NCBI GenBank assembly: GCA_913030625.1
Contig: CAJWDN010000001.1
Span: 33,331 to 97,330 of the forward strand
Origin: an uncultured Gammaproteobacteria bacterium
GTDB lineage: Bacteria; Pseudomonadota; Gammaproteobacteria; Pseudomonadales; Azotimanducaceae
Length of the DNA: 64,000 bases
Reading direction: 5' to 3'
A program made the position numbers and the translations under genes. The notes beneath the pieces are model-generated. The model did not search any database and was not told the DNA's origin. It saw only the letters and a list, made by a program, of their open reading frames with translations. Positions 39,533 through 49,025 of this stretch are shown here, one piece after another (positions within the stretch are counted from its first letter, which is position 1; every line of letters starts with the position of its first letter).

Positions 39533-40162
39533 TCAATGCTGGTGTGATGTTGCGCGATCAAAGATCCGATGGCCAGATTCGGTGACTACCGCATCCAAGG
39601 GAATATCCCAGGGCTGGGTTGGCAGTGGTTCTAGGGATTCCTGAATGCTGTACGCTACGCCGATCATCCATGGTCGGGTCTCGGTATCGGCAAAGTAGCG
39701 ATCGTAAAACCCGCCGCCCATACCAAGCCGGCCGCCTAGGCCATCGAAACTCACTAGTGGCAACAGTACCGCGTCGAGCTCATGCAGCGCCACGGGCACC
39801 GCATCAGCCTCAAGCACGGGTTTGCGCAGCTTAAGACGACCCTGCTGAATCTGCGTGTGCGGCGTAATGGCGTAAAAGTGCATCGCGCCTGCCGCCTTAG
39901 CCACTACTGGTGCATAGAGTTGTTTGCCAGCGGACCAGGCTCCCGTCATCCAACGAGTTAAGTCCACTTCATCTGGAGAGGACAAATATACGGCGAGGCC
40001 GCATACGTCTGCCTTGGCGAGAAGCGCTTCCAGATGGTGGGCGATGGATTGGTGATAATTTTGGCGCTGAAGGTCATTGAGGCCGCCGCGCCTGTCTTTG
40101 AATGCCCGGCGCAGCTGCACTTTGCGTGTGTTCAACAGTTTAGCGTCAGACTCTTGGCTCAT
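39533..40162 (-). CDS. ygfA: 5-formyltetrahydrofolate cyclo-ligase
   Basis: The GMGGGFYDRYF motif is present. It lies downstream of zapA-ssrS, as in E. coli and Pseudomonas. I place the start at ATG M6 of the track ORF. Confidence 0.85.
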   Translation of the reverse strand: MSQESDAKLLNTRKVQLRRAFKDRRGGLNDLQRQNYHQSIAHHLEALLAKADVCGLAVYLSSPDEVDLTRWMTGAWSAGKQLYAPVVAKAAGAMHFYAITPHTQIQQGRLKLRKPVLEADAVPVALHELDAVLLPLVSFDGLGGRLGMGGGFYDRYFADTETRPWMIGVAYSIQESLEPLPTQPWDIPLDAVVTESGHRIFDRATSHQH

Positions 40163-40202
40163 GTGCGCGGCTCCCACGATGCGCTCGTGGCAGAAAAAAT
40201 AA

Positions 40203-40380
40203 GGAGTCTCCCGGCGATGCCGCTGTTGGTTTGCCCTGAACCGTTTAGATTCAAGGCGGAAACCTCAGCCAACTCGAAGGCGGCCCATCAGATTGGGTAA
40301 GCACACAGAGCTAACGAAAAGTTTCCTGACGTTTTTATAACGGCTCAAGGACGCGACCACTCGCTAACATCCCAGGAGAC
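40203..40380 (-). ncRNA. ssrS: 6S RNA
   Basis: The region lies between zapA and ygfA on the same strand. The minus-strand transcript 5'-GUCUCCUGGGAUG...CAUCGCCGGGAGAC-3' forms the long terminal closing stem (13 bp, one bulge), analogous to E. coli AUUUCUCUGAGAUG...CAUCUCGGAGAUUC. Its ~178 nt length fits, and TATACT sits 6 nt upstream of the proposed 5' end (plus coordinates 40387-40392). The ends are approximate. Confidence 0.75.
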
Positions 40381-40507
40381 GCGGGCAGTATAGCGATTTT
40401 TGCGCGTGGCAATAGGGGCATTGAGCGGTAACCGCAGACCAAAACTGGACACGATGAAACCCGCCGGCACGGCGACAACGGCAAGAGATGGTGGGCGGGT
40501 TGTCGAG

Positions 40508-40813
40508 CTAAATTTTTAGCTGCTTGCCATCGGCTATGGCGTGCTCTAACCGATCATTCAAGGCGCGAATGCGTAGCTTGGCATAGTCTTGGCTTGTTTG
40601 AACCTTGGACTGACCGTTAAGCAGTTCATGAGACATATTCAGTGCGGCCATAATCGCGATGCGATCCATGCCGACAACCTTGCCGCCTTTGCGAATGTCC
40701 TCCATTTGCTCGCTCAGGTAGCGTGCCGCACGCTGCAGGGCCTCCTCCTCGCCGTCGGGACAAGCGACCTGAAATTCTTTTTTCATGATTGAGATGCTTA
40801 GGGTTTTGCTCAT
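40508..40813 (-). CDS. zapA: Cell division protein ZapA
   Basis: 101 aa with I.I..KEFQVACPDGEEEALQRAARYL...MDRIAIMAALNMSHEL. Confidence 0.9.
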   Translation of the reverse strand: MSKTLSISIMKKEFQVACPDGEEEALQRAARYLSEQMEDIRKGGKVVGMDRIAIMAALNMSHELLNGQSKVQTSQDYAKLRIRALNDRLEHAIADGKQLKI

Positions 40814-40827
40814 GGTGATGACTCGCG

Positions 40828-41061
40828 TTAACCGTTTTCCAGCGCGCGCAGGCGCCCAATCATGGATTCCACTCGGCTCTTCGCCAGCTCGTTTTTCTCG
40901 ATCAGCTTAGCGCGTTCAACCGACCAATTTTCCTGCTGCGTACGCAGCGCTTTGTTCTCGCGGGAGAGCTGTTCGGTAAGGGAAATTAGCTCGCTAACGC
41001 GACGCTCCAGAACATCCATTTCTTCCAAGGGAGGATTTTTCTGAGAATTTATGTCGCTCAT
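40828..41061 (-). CDS. Coiled-coil protein, TIGR02449/ZapB-like
   Basis: 77 aa with a heptad-rich sequence (LERRVSELISLTEQLSRENKALRTQQENW). It is directly upstream of zapA, as in Pseudomonas. Confidence 0.7.
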   Translation of the reverse strand: MSDINSQKNPPLEEMDVLERRVSELISLTEQLSRENKALRTQQENWSVERAKLIEKNELAKSRVESMIGRLRALENG

Positions 41062-41212
41062 AAAGGGCAGGCTTCAGCGCAGAGTAGTAATATGCCTCAT
41101 GCTGCGCGGCTGCGGCGCAAAATTCAATCTTTCCACGCTATAACGCTGTCCAGGCAGGTGGTAATTGTTTGGCCAGTGGGCGATAGTCTGAGGCGACAAT
41201 TTCTGCTCTCCA

Positions 41213-41770
41213 ATGGACGAATCCATGTCTGAACTGCGTATTCACGCCGAAATGGCTGCCTATTCTATTGAGCCCGAAGAGCTGCACGGCATGGTTTGCG
41301 GGATGGCGGTGAACGGTAATCATGAGTTCGTACTCAGCGATTTTATTGACTTTGTCGGCATTGACGCGCTATCGGATCAAGAATCCCTTGGCACTTTTGT
41401 CAACGCGGCCCTGGATGAACTACACGATCAAAATATGATCTTTCAGCCGCTGGTTGCGGATGAGGAAGACCCGATTACCAAGCGCGTGGAAACCATCGCC
41501 AATTGGTCTGGGGGCTTTCTTGCCGGCTTTGCTGCTGGTCTGGATGGTGAGCATGCCGAGTTACCAGTAGATGTGCAGGAAATCATCAAGGACTTGGTGG
41601 CGCTATCGTCGCTTGATCCTGAGGATTATCGCGAGGCAGAGTTTGAGCCGGGCGAGATGGAAGAACATGAGGCCTCGTTGACCGAGGTTCATGAGTACGT
41701 GCGAGTAAGCACCCTGTTGATATTGGCGCTAATGGACGAACACGTCTCGGTGGAGTCCGCGATTGACTAG
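41213..41770 (+). CDS. ygfB: UPF0149 family protein YgfB
   Basis: Contains ELHGMVCGMAV, ANWSGGFLAGF and an acidic C-terminus with EYVRVSTLL. It is divergent from zapA and upstream of pepP, as in E. coli. Confidence 0.85.
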   Translation: MDESMSELRIHAEMAAYSIEPEELHGMVCGMAVNGNHEFVLSDFIDFVGIDALSDQESLGTFVNAALDELHDQNMIFQPLVADEEDPITKRVETIANWSGGFLAGFAAGLDGEHAELPVDVQEIIKDLVALSSLDPEDYREAEFEPGEMEEHEASLTEVHEYVRVSTLLILALMDEHVSVESAID

Positions 41771-43139
41771 GGCTGCCCTAGGGTACGAAGACTTTGCCCG
41801 CCGCCGCCGGCTTTTGCTCAATCACATGCATCCCGGGTCGATTGCGGTCATTCCCGGGGCCGCGCAACAGCGCCGCAGCAACGACATCTTTTTCCCCTTT
41901 CGCCAAGACAGCGACTTTTACTATCTGACCGGCTTTGACGAACCGGACGCACTCTTGATACTGATTCCCGGACGGTCACAGGGCGAGTCCATTTTGTTTT
42001 GTCGCGAACGAGATCCGCACTTGGAGCGCCGCGACGGTGCGATTTTGGGTCCGGATCAGTGTCAAACGGTGCTCGGTATGGATGATGCCTTTCCGATCAG
42101 CGATGTGGATGAGATTCTGCCTGGACTGTTGGAGGCCCGTAGCCAGATCTACATGAAGCTTGGCGAACATGCGGTTTGGGACGAGCGGGTGCTGGCTTGG
42201 TTGGATGAACTCGTCAGTCGGCGACCGGCGGTGGTTGCTAAAGTTCAGCAGGTCACAGCGCTGGGGCATCTGCTCCACGAACAGCGCTTGATCAAGGAGC
42301 GCAAAGAACAGGCGTTGATGGCAAGGGCGGCCCAGATCAGCGTTGCAGCCCAATACGCAGCACTGGCGCAGCTTCGGCCCAACGTTAGCGAAGCGGACCT
42401 CGAAGCGGAATTGCTCTACAGCTATCGCAAACAGGGCGCCCGTTTTGAGGCGTACCCCAGCATCGTCGCTGCAGGCGACAACGCCTGCGTGCTGCATTAC
42501 ACCCGCAACGAAAGCCTCATTGACGCGGACGATCTGGTGCTCATCGACGCGGGCTGCGAATTTGCCTACTACGCTGCTGACGTCACTCGCACCTACCCAG
42601 CCAACGGCAGGTATAGCCAAGCCCAGCGCGCGCTATACGATCTCGTGCTAAAGGCGAACCGCGGGGCTATAGCCGCCTGCCGCCCTGGCGTTGGCTTCAA
42701 CCAACCCCACGACATCGCCACTGAAATACTGGTAGACGGGCTGATCGCTCTGGGCCTGCTTTGCGGCACTGCCGAGACAGTGATCGCAAGCCGCGCCTAT
42801 GAGAAATTTTGCCCACATAAAACCTCCCATTGGCTGGGCCTAGATGTACACGATGTCGGCGACTACCGGCTCGGCGAGCGGTGGCGCGATTTGATACCTG
42901 GCATGGTTCTGACCATCGAGCCGGGCATTTACATACCACGTGATTCGACAACAGCCGATGTCCCCGAAGCCTTTCGCGGCATCGGTATTCGTGTGGAAGA
43001 CAGCGTGTTGATTACACCCCAGGGCTGCCAAGTGCTGACCGAGGGTCTGCTCAAGGATCCGGACGAGATCGAACGGTGGATGGCGACCAACGGGTCTGTG
43101 GGGCAAAGCGCGCAAGGCCTCACAGAGGTACTAGCGTGA
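41763..43139 (+). CDS. pepP: Xaa-Pro aminopeptidase
   Basis: Has FRQDSDFYYLTGF and the metal ligands in DAGCEF.YYAADVTRT, HWLGLDVHD and TIEPG. It starts at TTG, overlapping the ygfB stop. Confidence 0.92.
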   Translation: MTRAALGYEDFARRRRLLLNHMHPGSIAVIPGAAQQRRSNDIFFPFRQDSDFYYLTGFDEPDALLILIPGRSQGESILFCRERDPHLERRDGAILGPDQCQTVLGMDDAFPISDVDEILPGLLEARSQIYMKLGEHAVWDERVLAWLDELVSRRPAVVAKVQQVTALGHLLHEQRLIKERKEQALMARAAQISVAAQYAALAQLRPNVSEADLEAELLYSYRKQGARFEAYPSIVAAGDNACVLHYTRNESLIDADDLVLIDAGCEFAYYAADVTRTYPANGRYSQAQRALYDLVLKANRGAIAACRPGVGFNQPHDIATEILVDGLIALGLLCGTAETVIASRAYEKFCPHKTSHWLGLDVHDVGDYRLGERWRDLIPGMVLTIEPGIYIPRDSTTADVPEAFRGIGIRVEDSVLITPQGCQVLTEGLLKDPDEIERWMATNGSVGQSAQGLTEVLA

Positions 43140-44353
43140 GGCCAAACACCGACGACACAAGTTCGATACTCGTTGTTGGCGCAGGTCCTGTCGGCGCTGC
43201 AGCTGCATTGAGTTTGGCTGAGCGTGGCTACCCAGTCATTTTGGTTGATCGCACCCCGCCCCAGCCAGGAACCTCAGCTTTCGGTATCGACGTTCGCAAT
43301 GTCGCCCTATCGCCACGCTCGGCCGCATTGCTGCAAAACATCGATGCTTGGCCTGAGCAGGCGGCGGCATATCACAACATGCGGGTTTGGGAGGAGCGCG
43401 GCAGCAGCGCATTGGATTTCGATGCAGCAAGCGTTAATCGCCAGGAGCTGGGTTGGTTGGTGGAAGTCGGACCCTTGCTGGAGCGTCTGTGGCAACGCCT
43501 TGAGGCACACCCCAACGTACAGATCGTTCTGGGCACAACCCAGTGCGTCACCCCCCGCCAGCATGGCATTGTCCTGACGGTGCAACCGGCTAAGACCGGA
43601 GCTGATGAGCAAGTGGATGCGCCGATTGACTTGGTCGCAGATTTTTTAATCGCCTGCGATGGTGCACACTCTGCGGTGCGCGAGAACCTCGGCGTACCTC
43701 TGCGTCATTGGCGTACTGGACAGATGGCGCTCACCACGGTGGTGCGAACGCAACACCCCCATGGTCATACCGCATGGCAGCGCTTTTTGCTCGATGGTCC
43801 CTTGGCCTTGCTACCCAGCAAGGACCCACATCTGTGCTCCATTGTCTGGTCGCAGTCCGAGGATAAAGCCCACGCACGCCTTGCTCTTGATGATGTCGAC
43901 TTTTGTCGTTTGCTGACGCGAGCCAGCGAAGGCTGTCTGGGCGAGGTGCAGGCCGTGGGACCGCGACAAGCGTTTGCTTTGCACCAGCAGTTGGCGGTAA
44001 CAGCCTATCCGCATGCGCGCGCGCTGTTGCTGGGTGATGCGCTGCGAGTCATCCATCCGCTTGCCGGGCTCGGGGTTAACCTAGGCTTTGAAGATTTGCA
44101 GGCGATGCTCGATTGTTTGCAGTCCGATACAGATCTCAGCACTGCGGGACGTTGGGATAAGTACGCGCGGCAGCGGCTACTGCGCTCAGAACTGGTTTTG
44201 CGCAGCCTCGACGGGCTGCAACGCCTCTATGCTCAGGACAATCCTTGGATGAGCTGGCTGCGTAACGCAGGCGTTGGTTGGTTTGGTCGTAGACAATGGC
44301 TGCAGCGCAAAGCCATAGAGGAAGCGACCGGCTTGCGAGACCTGTCGGCCTGA
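43136..44353 (+). CDS. ubiH: FAD-dependent ubiquinone-biosynthesis hydroxylase (UbiH/UbiF/VisC family)
   Basis: The GTG start overlaps the pepP stop (GTGA). It has ILVVGAGPVGAAAAL (GxGxxG), the CDGAHSAVR motif and GDALRVIHPLAGLGVNLG. It follows pepP. Confidence 0.85.
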   Translation: MRPNTDDTSSILVVGAGPVGAAAALSLAERGYPVILVDRTPPQPGTSAFGIDVRNVALSPRSAALLQNIDAWPEQAAAYHNMRVWEERGSSALDFDAASVNRQELGWLVEVGPLLERLWQRLEAHPNVQIVLGTTQCVTPRQHGIVLTVQPAKTGADEQVDAPIDLVADFLIACDGAHSAVRENLGVPLRHWRTGQMALTTVVRTQHPHGHTAWQRFLLDGPLALLPSKDPHLCSIVWSQSEDKAHARLALDDVDFCRLLTRASEGCLGEVQAVGPRQAFALHQQLAVTAYPHARALLLGDALRVIHPLAGLGVNLGFEDLQAMLDCLQSDTDLSTAGRWDKYARQRLLRSELVLRSLDGLQRLYAQDNPWMSWLRNAGVGWFGRRQWLQRKAIEEATGLRDLSA

Positions 44354-44440
44354 GTCGACTGCAATATCGGGGTGAACGCACTTCAGGGTAATTGGCCGGC
44401 GCTACGGTAATATGAACGGTGAACGAGAGGGCTACAGCAC

Positions 44441-45499
44441 ATGGCAGATAAAACCCCGCTTTTCGATGCACACGTCGCGGCTGGCGGCAAAATGGTCGAC
44501 TTCGCTGGATGGATGATGCCAGTCAATTACGGCTCGCAGATCGAAGAGCATACGGCCGTGCGCACCGATGCGGGCATGTTTGACGTTTCGCATATGACCA
44601 TTGTCGATATCGACGGCCCCGACGCCGAGGACTTTCTGCGCAAGGTCATCGCCAACGATGTGACTGCGCTGGCGGAATATCAGGCGCTCTACGGCGCAGC
44701 GCTCAATGCCCACGGCGGCATTCTCGACGATCTCATTGTCTATCGCCTGCCCAAGGGTTTTCGCGTCGTCGTCAACGCGTCCACTCGAGAAAAAATGCTC
44801 GACTGGTTTGACGCCCAATCCATGACCAACATGCGCATCGAACACAAACCCCAAATCATGTTGGCTGTACAAGGCCCCGAGGCGATTAACAAACTCCTTG
44901 CGGCCATAGATTTGCCCGAGCTGAGCATCAAACCTTTTTTTGCCGCTGCCCATGGCGACTGGCTCATCGGACGAACGGGCTATACAGGTGAGGATGGCGT
45001 AGAAGTTATGTTGCCTGTGGAGCAGGGCCTTGCGCTCTGGCAGTCCCTGTTGGCAGTGGGCGTGAAACCTGCGGGTCTGGGTGCGCGCGATACTCTCAGG
45101 CTAGAGGCTGGTTTGAATCTTTATGGTCAAGACATGAGTGAGGCCACTTCGCCATACGTCAGCAATATCGGCTGGACTGTGGCATGGGAGCCGGCAGATC
45201 GCGGATTTATCGGCCGCCACGCGCTGCAAGATGTCCGGCTGGCACCGACCCACAAGCTGACGGGCATCATCTTAGAAGACAAGGGCGTGCTGCGGCATGA
45301 TCAGAGTGTGGCAACCGACGCCGGTCCGGGCGTGGTGACTAGCGGCACCTACTCACCAACAATGCAGTGCAGTATCGGTTTAGCCCGTGTGCCTGCGCAG
45401 GCTGGCGATGATTGTTCGGTGGACATCCGAGGGTCGCAGAAGAAGGCGCGATTGGTTAAACCCCCCTTCGTGCGAAAGGGTAAGATTCTGGCCAACTAA
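44441..45499 (+). CDS. gcvT: Glycine cleavage system aminomethyltransferase T
   Basis: 352 aa, beginning TPLFDAHVAAGGKMVDFAGWMMPVNY...DVSHM. Confidence 0.95.
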   Translation: MADKTPLFDAHVAAGGKMVDFAGWMMPVNYGSQIEEHTAVRTDAGMFDVSHMTIVDIDGPDAEDFLRKVIANDVTALAEYQALYGAALNAHGGILDDLIVYRLPKGFRVVVNASTREKMLDWFDAQSMTNMRIEHKPQIMLAVQGPEAINKLLAAIDLPELSIKPFFAAAHGDWLIGRTGYTGEDGVEVMLPVEQGLALWQSLLAVGVKPAGLGARDTLRLEAGLNLYGQDMSEATSPYVSNIGWTVAWEPADRGFIGRHALQDVRLAPTHKLTGIILEDKGVLRHDQSVATDAGPGVVTSGTYSPTMQCSIGLARVPAQAGDDCSVDIRGSQKKARLVKPPFVRKGKILAN

Positions 45500-45616
45500 A
45501 GGACGAATAATGTCTGGGTGTGGCCAGACGTTTGTCAGAAAATATGGCGCTTGGCGCCAGAAGATGCGGTCGCGAAAGAGCGGTCTGCGCGTTTTGGATC
45601 AAGGAGCAAACCACCA

Positions 45617-46009
45617 ATGAGTGATATCCCTGCAGAGCTAAAGTATGCGGCAACGCACGAATGGGCCAGGTTGGAAGAAGACGGCACGGTCACCGTTGGG
45701 ATTAGTGATCACGCGCAAAGCGCATTGGGTGATGTGGTTTACATCGAGGCCCCAGAAATTGGCCTAACAGTCGGCGCACAAGAAGAGGCTGGCGTGGTCG
45801 AATCCGTGAAGGCCGCGTCGGACATTTATGCGCCCGTGGGCGGAACCGTTTGCTTGGTGAACGAAGCACTAACAGATGCGCCGGAGACCGTGAATCAAGA
45901 TCCCTATGGCGATGGCTGGTTTTTCAAACTGACGCCAACCGATGCGGCAGATCTTGATGATTTACTCGACGCCGAAGCCTATGCCGAGGTCTGCGCCGAC
46001 GAAGAATGA
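45617..46009 (+). CDS. gcvH: Glycine cleavage system lipoyl carrier protein H
   Basis: I place the start at M34 of the track ORF, with AAGGAG 10 nt upstream. It contains LKYAATHEW and the lipoyl-Lys motif ESVKAASD. Confidence 0.95.
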   Translation: MSDIPAELKYAATHEWARLEEDGTVTVGISDHAQSALGDVVYIEAPEIGLTVGAQEEAGVVESVKAASDIYAPVGGTVCLVNEALTDAPETVNQDPYGDGWFFKLTPTDAADLDDLLDAEAYAEVCADEE

Positions 46010-46092
46010 TCGAACGTCGACAAGGGTGACGCGGCCCTAACGGCGCAACTCGCAGTGGCCTAGCCATCGAATAAGATAACGTTGGAGAACGT

Positions 46093-47484
46093 ATGCCGTT
46101 TATTCCTCATACCCAAGCCGATGTTGACGACATGATGAAAGTCATCGGTATCGAACAACTCGATGCCTTGTTCGATGAAATTCCGGCCGAGCTTGTCAGC
46201 GACGGCCTTGATCATGTGCCGCAGGGTAGGAGTGAGTTAGCCATGTTGCAGTACATGGCCCAGCGCGCGGAGCAAGATCAAGGCTATACCTGCTTCTTGG
46301 GCGGCGGCAGCTACGATCATCACATTCCCTCGGCGGTATGGGATCTCACCGCTCGGGGTGAATTCATGACGGCCTATACGCCCTATCAGGCGGAAGCCAG
46401 TCAGGGCACGCTACAACTTATTTATGAATACCAGTCCATGATGGCATCGCTCACCGGGATGGATGTTTCCAACGCTTCGGTATATGACGGCGCCAGCGGT
46501 TTGGCGGAAGCCGTGCTGATGGCCGTCCGCGCGAACAAGAAAAACAAAGCCGGTCGGGTGCTGGTGGCCGAGTCTGTGCATCCACACTACACGCAAACTA
46601 CGCGCAACATCGTGCGCAATCAAAATGTTGCTATTGCCACCATCGCCTGCGACGCAAATGGCCGCGTAGACGCGGCAACCCTCGATGCCATGATCACCGA
46701 TACGCCACCCAGCGCACTGATCATCCAGCAGCCTAATTTCTTCGGTGGCCTGGAGGCCGTTGACGCGATCACCGACTGGGCCCATGCCCAAGGCGCTTTA
46801 GTCATTGCGGTGGTCAACCCAATGAGCTTGGGCATTTTGAAGCCGCCGGGCGAATGGGGTGAACAAGGAGCGGATATTGCTGTGGGTGATGGTCAGCCCT
46901 TTGGTGTGCCCATGGCATCGGGTGGCCCGTCGTTTGGATTTATCTGTGCCCGGGGCACTTTCATGCGTCAGCTGCCTGGACGCATCATCGGTCGAACGGA
47001 AGATTTGGAAGGTCGGGTCGGATATGCACTGACGCTGCAGGCGCGCGAGCAGCATATCCGGCGCGGCAAGGCGACCTCTAACATTTGCACGAACCAAGGT
47101 TTGCTGGTCACCGCAGGCACGATCTACATGAGCTTGATGGGGCCGCAGGGCATTCGTGAGACCGCACTGGACTGCCATCGCAAAGCCAATGCGCTGCGTC
47201 AACGGCTGCTTCAAGTCGAGGGCGTGAGTGAGCTCTTTGCAGGGCCCACCTTCCATGAGTTCGCCCTCAAGCTGCCGGTACCGGCGGCCGGGGTCGTAGA
47301 GCAAATGATGCAGCAGGGCATATTGGCGGGTCTGAATTTGGCCGACTTCTCCGGCGGCACCCCGGCGGCGGCAGAGCAGGGTTTGCTGGTCGCCGTTACT
47401 GAAAAACGCACCGAGGTCGAAATGGATCAATACGTAGCGGCCTTCACTCAAGCCATCGCCGCTGCAGCAGGAGCAAACACATGA
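46093..47484 (+). CDS. gcvPA: Glycine dehydrogenase (decarboxylating) subunit 1
   Basis: 463 aa, MPFIPHT...YTPYQAE.SQG. This is the split-type P protein, N-terminal half. Confidence 0.95.
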   Translation: MPFIPHTQADVDDMMKVIGIEQLDALFDEIPAELVSDGLDHVPQGRSELAMLQYMAQRAEQDQGYTCFLGGGSYDHHIPSAVWDLTARGEFMTAYTPYQAEASQGTLQLIYEYQSMMASLTGMDVSNASVYDGASGLAEAVLMAVRANKKNKAGRVLVAESVHPHYTQTTRNIVRNQNVAIATIACDANGRVDAATLDAMITDTPPSALIIQQPNFFGGLEAVDAITDWAHAQGALVIAVVNPMSLGILKPPGEWGEQGADIAVGDGQPFGVPMASGGPSFGFICARGTFMRQLPGRIIGRTEDLEGRVGYALTLQAREQHIRRGKATSNICTNQGLLVTAGTIYMSLMGPQGIRETALDCHRKANALRQRLLQVEGVSELFAGPTFHEFALKLPVPAAGVVEQMMQQGILAGLNLADFSGGTPAAAEQGLLVAVTEKRTEVEMDQYVAAFTQAIAAAAGANT

Positions 47485-49025
47485 GCCAGGTCGATAGCAT
47501 CAACCCCGATGCCGCACCACTGCAGAAAGTGGTTGGTGCAAAGCAACAGGGTGAGTCCATTTTTGAGCTGAGCCTTGCCGGTCGTCGCGCGACGGCTCAG
47601 CGCGTTGACGAGACCCATGCGGAGTGTCTGGCAGACATTCCCGAGGCGCTGCTACGCAGGACGCCGCTAGGCTTGCCAGAAGTGTCTGAGCTGCAGGCGG
47701 TACGACACTTTACAAATCTGTCGCGTCAAAACTATGCCATCGACACTATGTTCTACCCGTTGGGTTCCTGCACCATGAAGTACAACCCTCGGGGTGCGCA
47801 TAAAGCCGCCAGCCTGCCGGGTTTCTTGGGTCGCCATCCGCTAGCGCCAGAAGCCGCTAGTCAGGGTCACCTAGCCTGCATGCACGACCTGCAGGAAATC
47901 CTCAAAGACGTTACTGGCATGCAGGGTGTGTCACTTGCCCCTATGGCCGGTGCCCAAGGCGAATTTGCCGGAGTGGCGATGATCCGTGCGTATCATGAGG
48001 CGCGTGGCGATGATGCGCGCACCGAAATTATTGTGCCCACTGCAGCCCACGGCACCAATCCCGCCACCGCGGTGATGTGCGGATATAAGGTCACCGAGGT
48101 GCCCGTCAACGACGAAGGCGATGTTGATCTTGGGGCACTGAAAGAAAAAGTTGGGCCGCAAACCGCCGGATTGATGATGACCAACCCGTCTACCTGTGGG
48201 GTATTCGAGCGTCAGATACAGTCCATTGCCACGACCGTGCACGATGCCGGTGGCTTGCTGTACTACGACGGTGCCAACTTAAACGCTATTCTTGGCAAGG
48301 TAAAACCCGGCGATATGGGTTTCGACGTATTGCATATGAACCTGCATAAAACCTTCGCTACACCCCATGGTGGTGGCGGTCCCGGTGCTGGTCCCGTAGG
48401 TGTGGGTGAACGACTACTGCCGCATCTGCCGTTGCCAGTGGTGGAGAAGCTAGAAGAACCCAGCGGCGATCGTTACCGCTGGATGGGTATCGACGATCTA
48501 CCCGGCAGCATTGGCACCTTGTCAGGGTTCGCTGGCAACGCGGGCATTTTGCTGCGGGCATTGTCCTACGCGCTCATGCTCGGTCGCGAAGGTATGCATC
48601 GGGTTGGCCAATACGCCACCCTCAACGCCAACTACATGGCCGCCCGCCTTGCTCAGGCAGGGTTCCAGTTGGCTTACCCTTCTCGTCGTGCCACCCACGA
48701 ATTTATCGTGACCTACCAAAAAGAGAACAAAGAACTGGGTGTGAACGCCATGGACATGGCCAAGCGTCTGCTTGACTACGGCGTACATTCACCCACCACC
48801 TATTTCCCGCTACTGGTGCCTGAGTGTTTCTTGGTCGAGCCAACAGAGACCGAGAGCAAACAAGAACTTGACGCTTTTGTGGACGCCATGATCGCGGTGC
48901 GCGAAGAGGCCCTGCAGGACGCTGACTTCGTCAAGCAGGCCCCATACACGACACCGGTGCGCCGGTTGGACGATGTCAAAGCCGCTCGCGAACTGGATTT
49001 GACCTGGAGCAATAGGCTAAGTTAA
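47481..49025 (+). CDS. gcvPB: Glycine dehydrogenase (decarboxylating) subunit 2
   Basis: 514 aa with the PLP Lys region [18 protein letters not shown]. It overlaps the gcvPA stop (ATGA). Confidence 0.95.
   Translation: MSQVDSINPDAAPLQKVVGAKQQGESIFELSLAGRRATAQRVDETHAECLADIPEALLRRTPLGLPEVSELQAVRHFTNLSRQNYAIDTMFYPLGSCTMKYNPRGAHKAASLPGFLGRHPLAPEAASQGHLACMHDLQEILKDVTGMQGVSLAPMAGAQGEFAGVAMIRAYHEARGDDARTEIIVPTAAHGTNPATAVMCGYKVTEVPVNDEGDVDLGALKEKVGPQTAGLMMTNPSTCGVFERQIQSIATTVHDAGGLLYYDGANLNAILGKVKPGDMGFDVLHMNLHKTFATPHGGGGPGAGPVGVGERLLPHLPLPVVEKLEEPSGDRYRWMGIDDLPGSIGTLSGFAGNAGILLRALSYALMLGREGMHRVGQYATLNANYMAARLAQAGFQLAYPSRRATHEFIVTYQKENKELGVNAMDMAKRLLDYGVHSPTTYFPLLVPECFLVEPTETESKQELDAFVDAMIAVREEALQDADFVKQAPYTTPVRRLDDVKAARELDLTWSNRLS

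Noticed and set aside
44354-44440. A possible glycine riboswitch upstream of gcvT.
   Set aside because: Only 87 nt are available, and I could not find the conserved GGAGAG...CACCG...aptamer cores. A covariance-model search (RF00504) would be needed to be certain.
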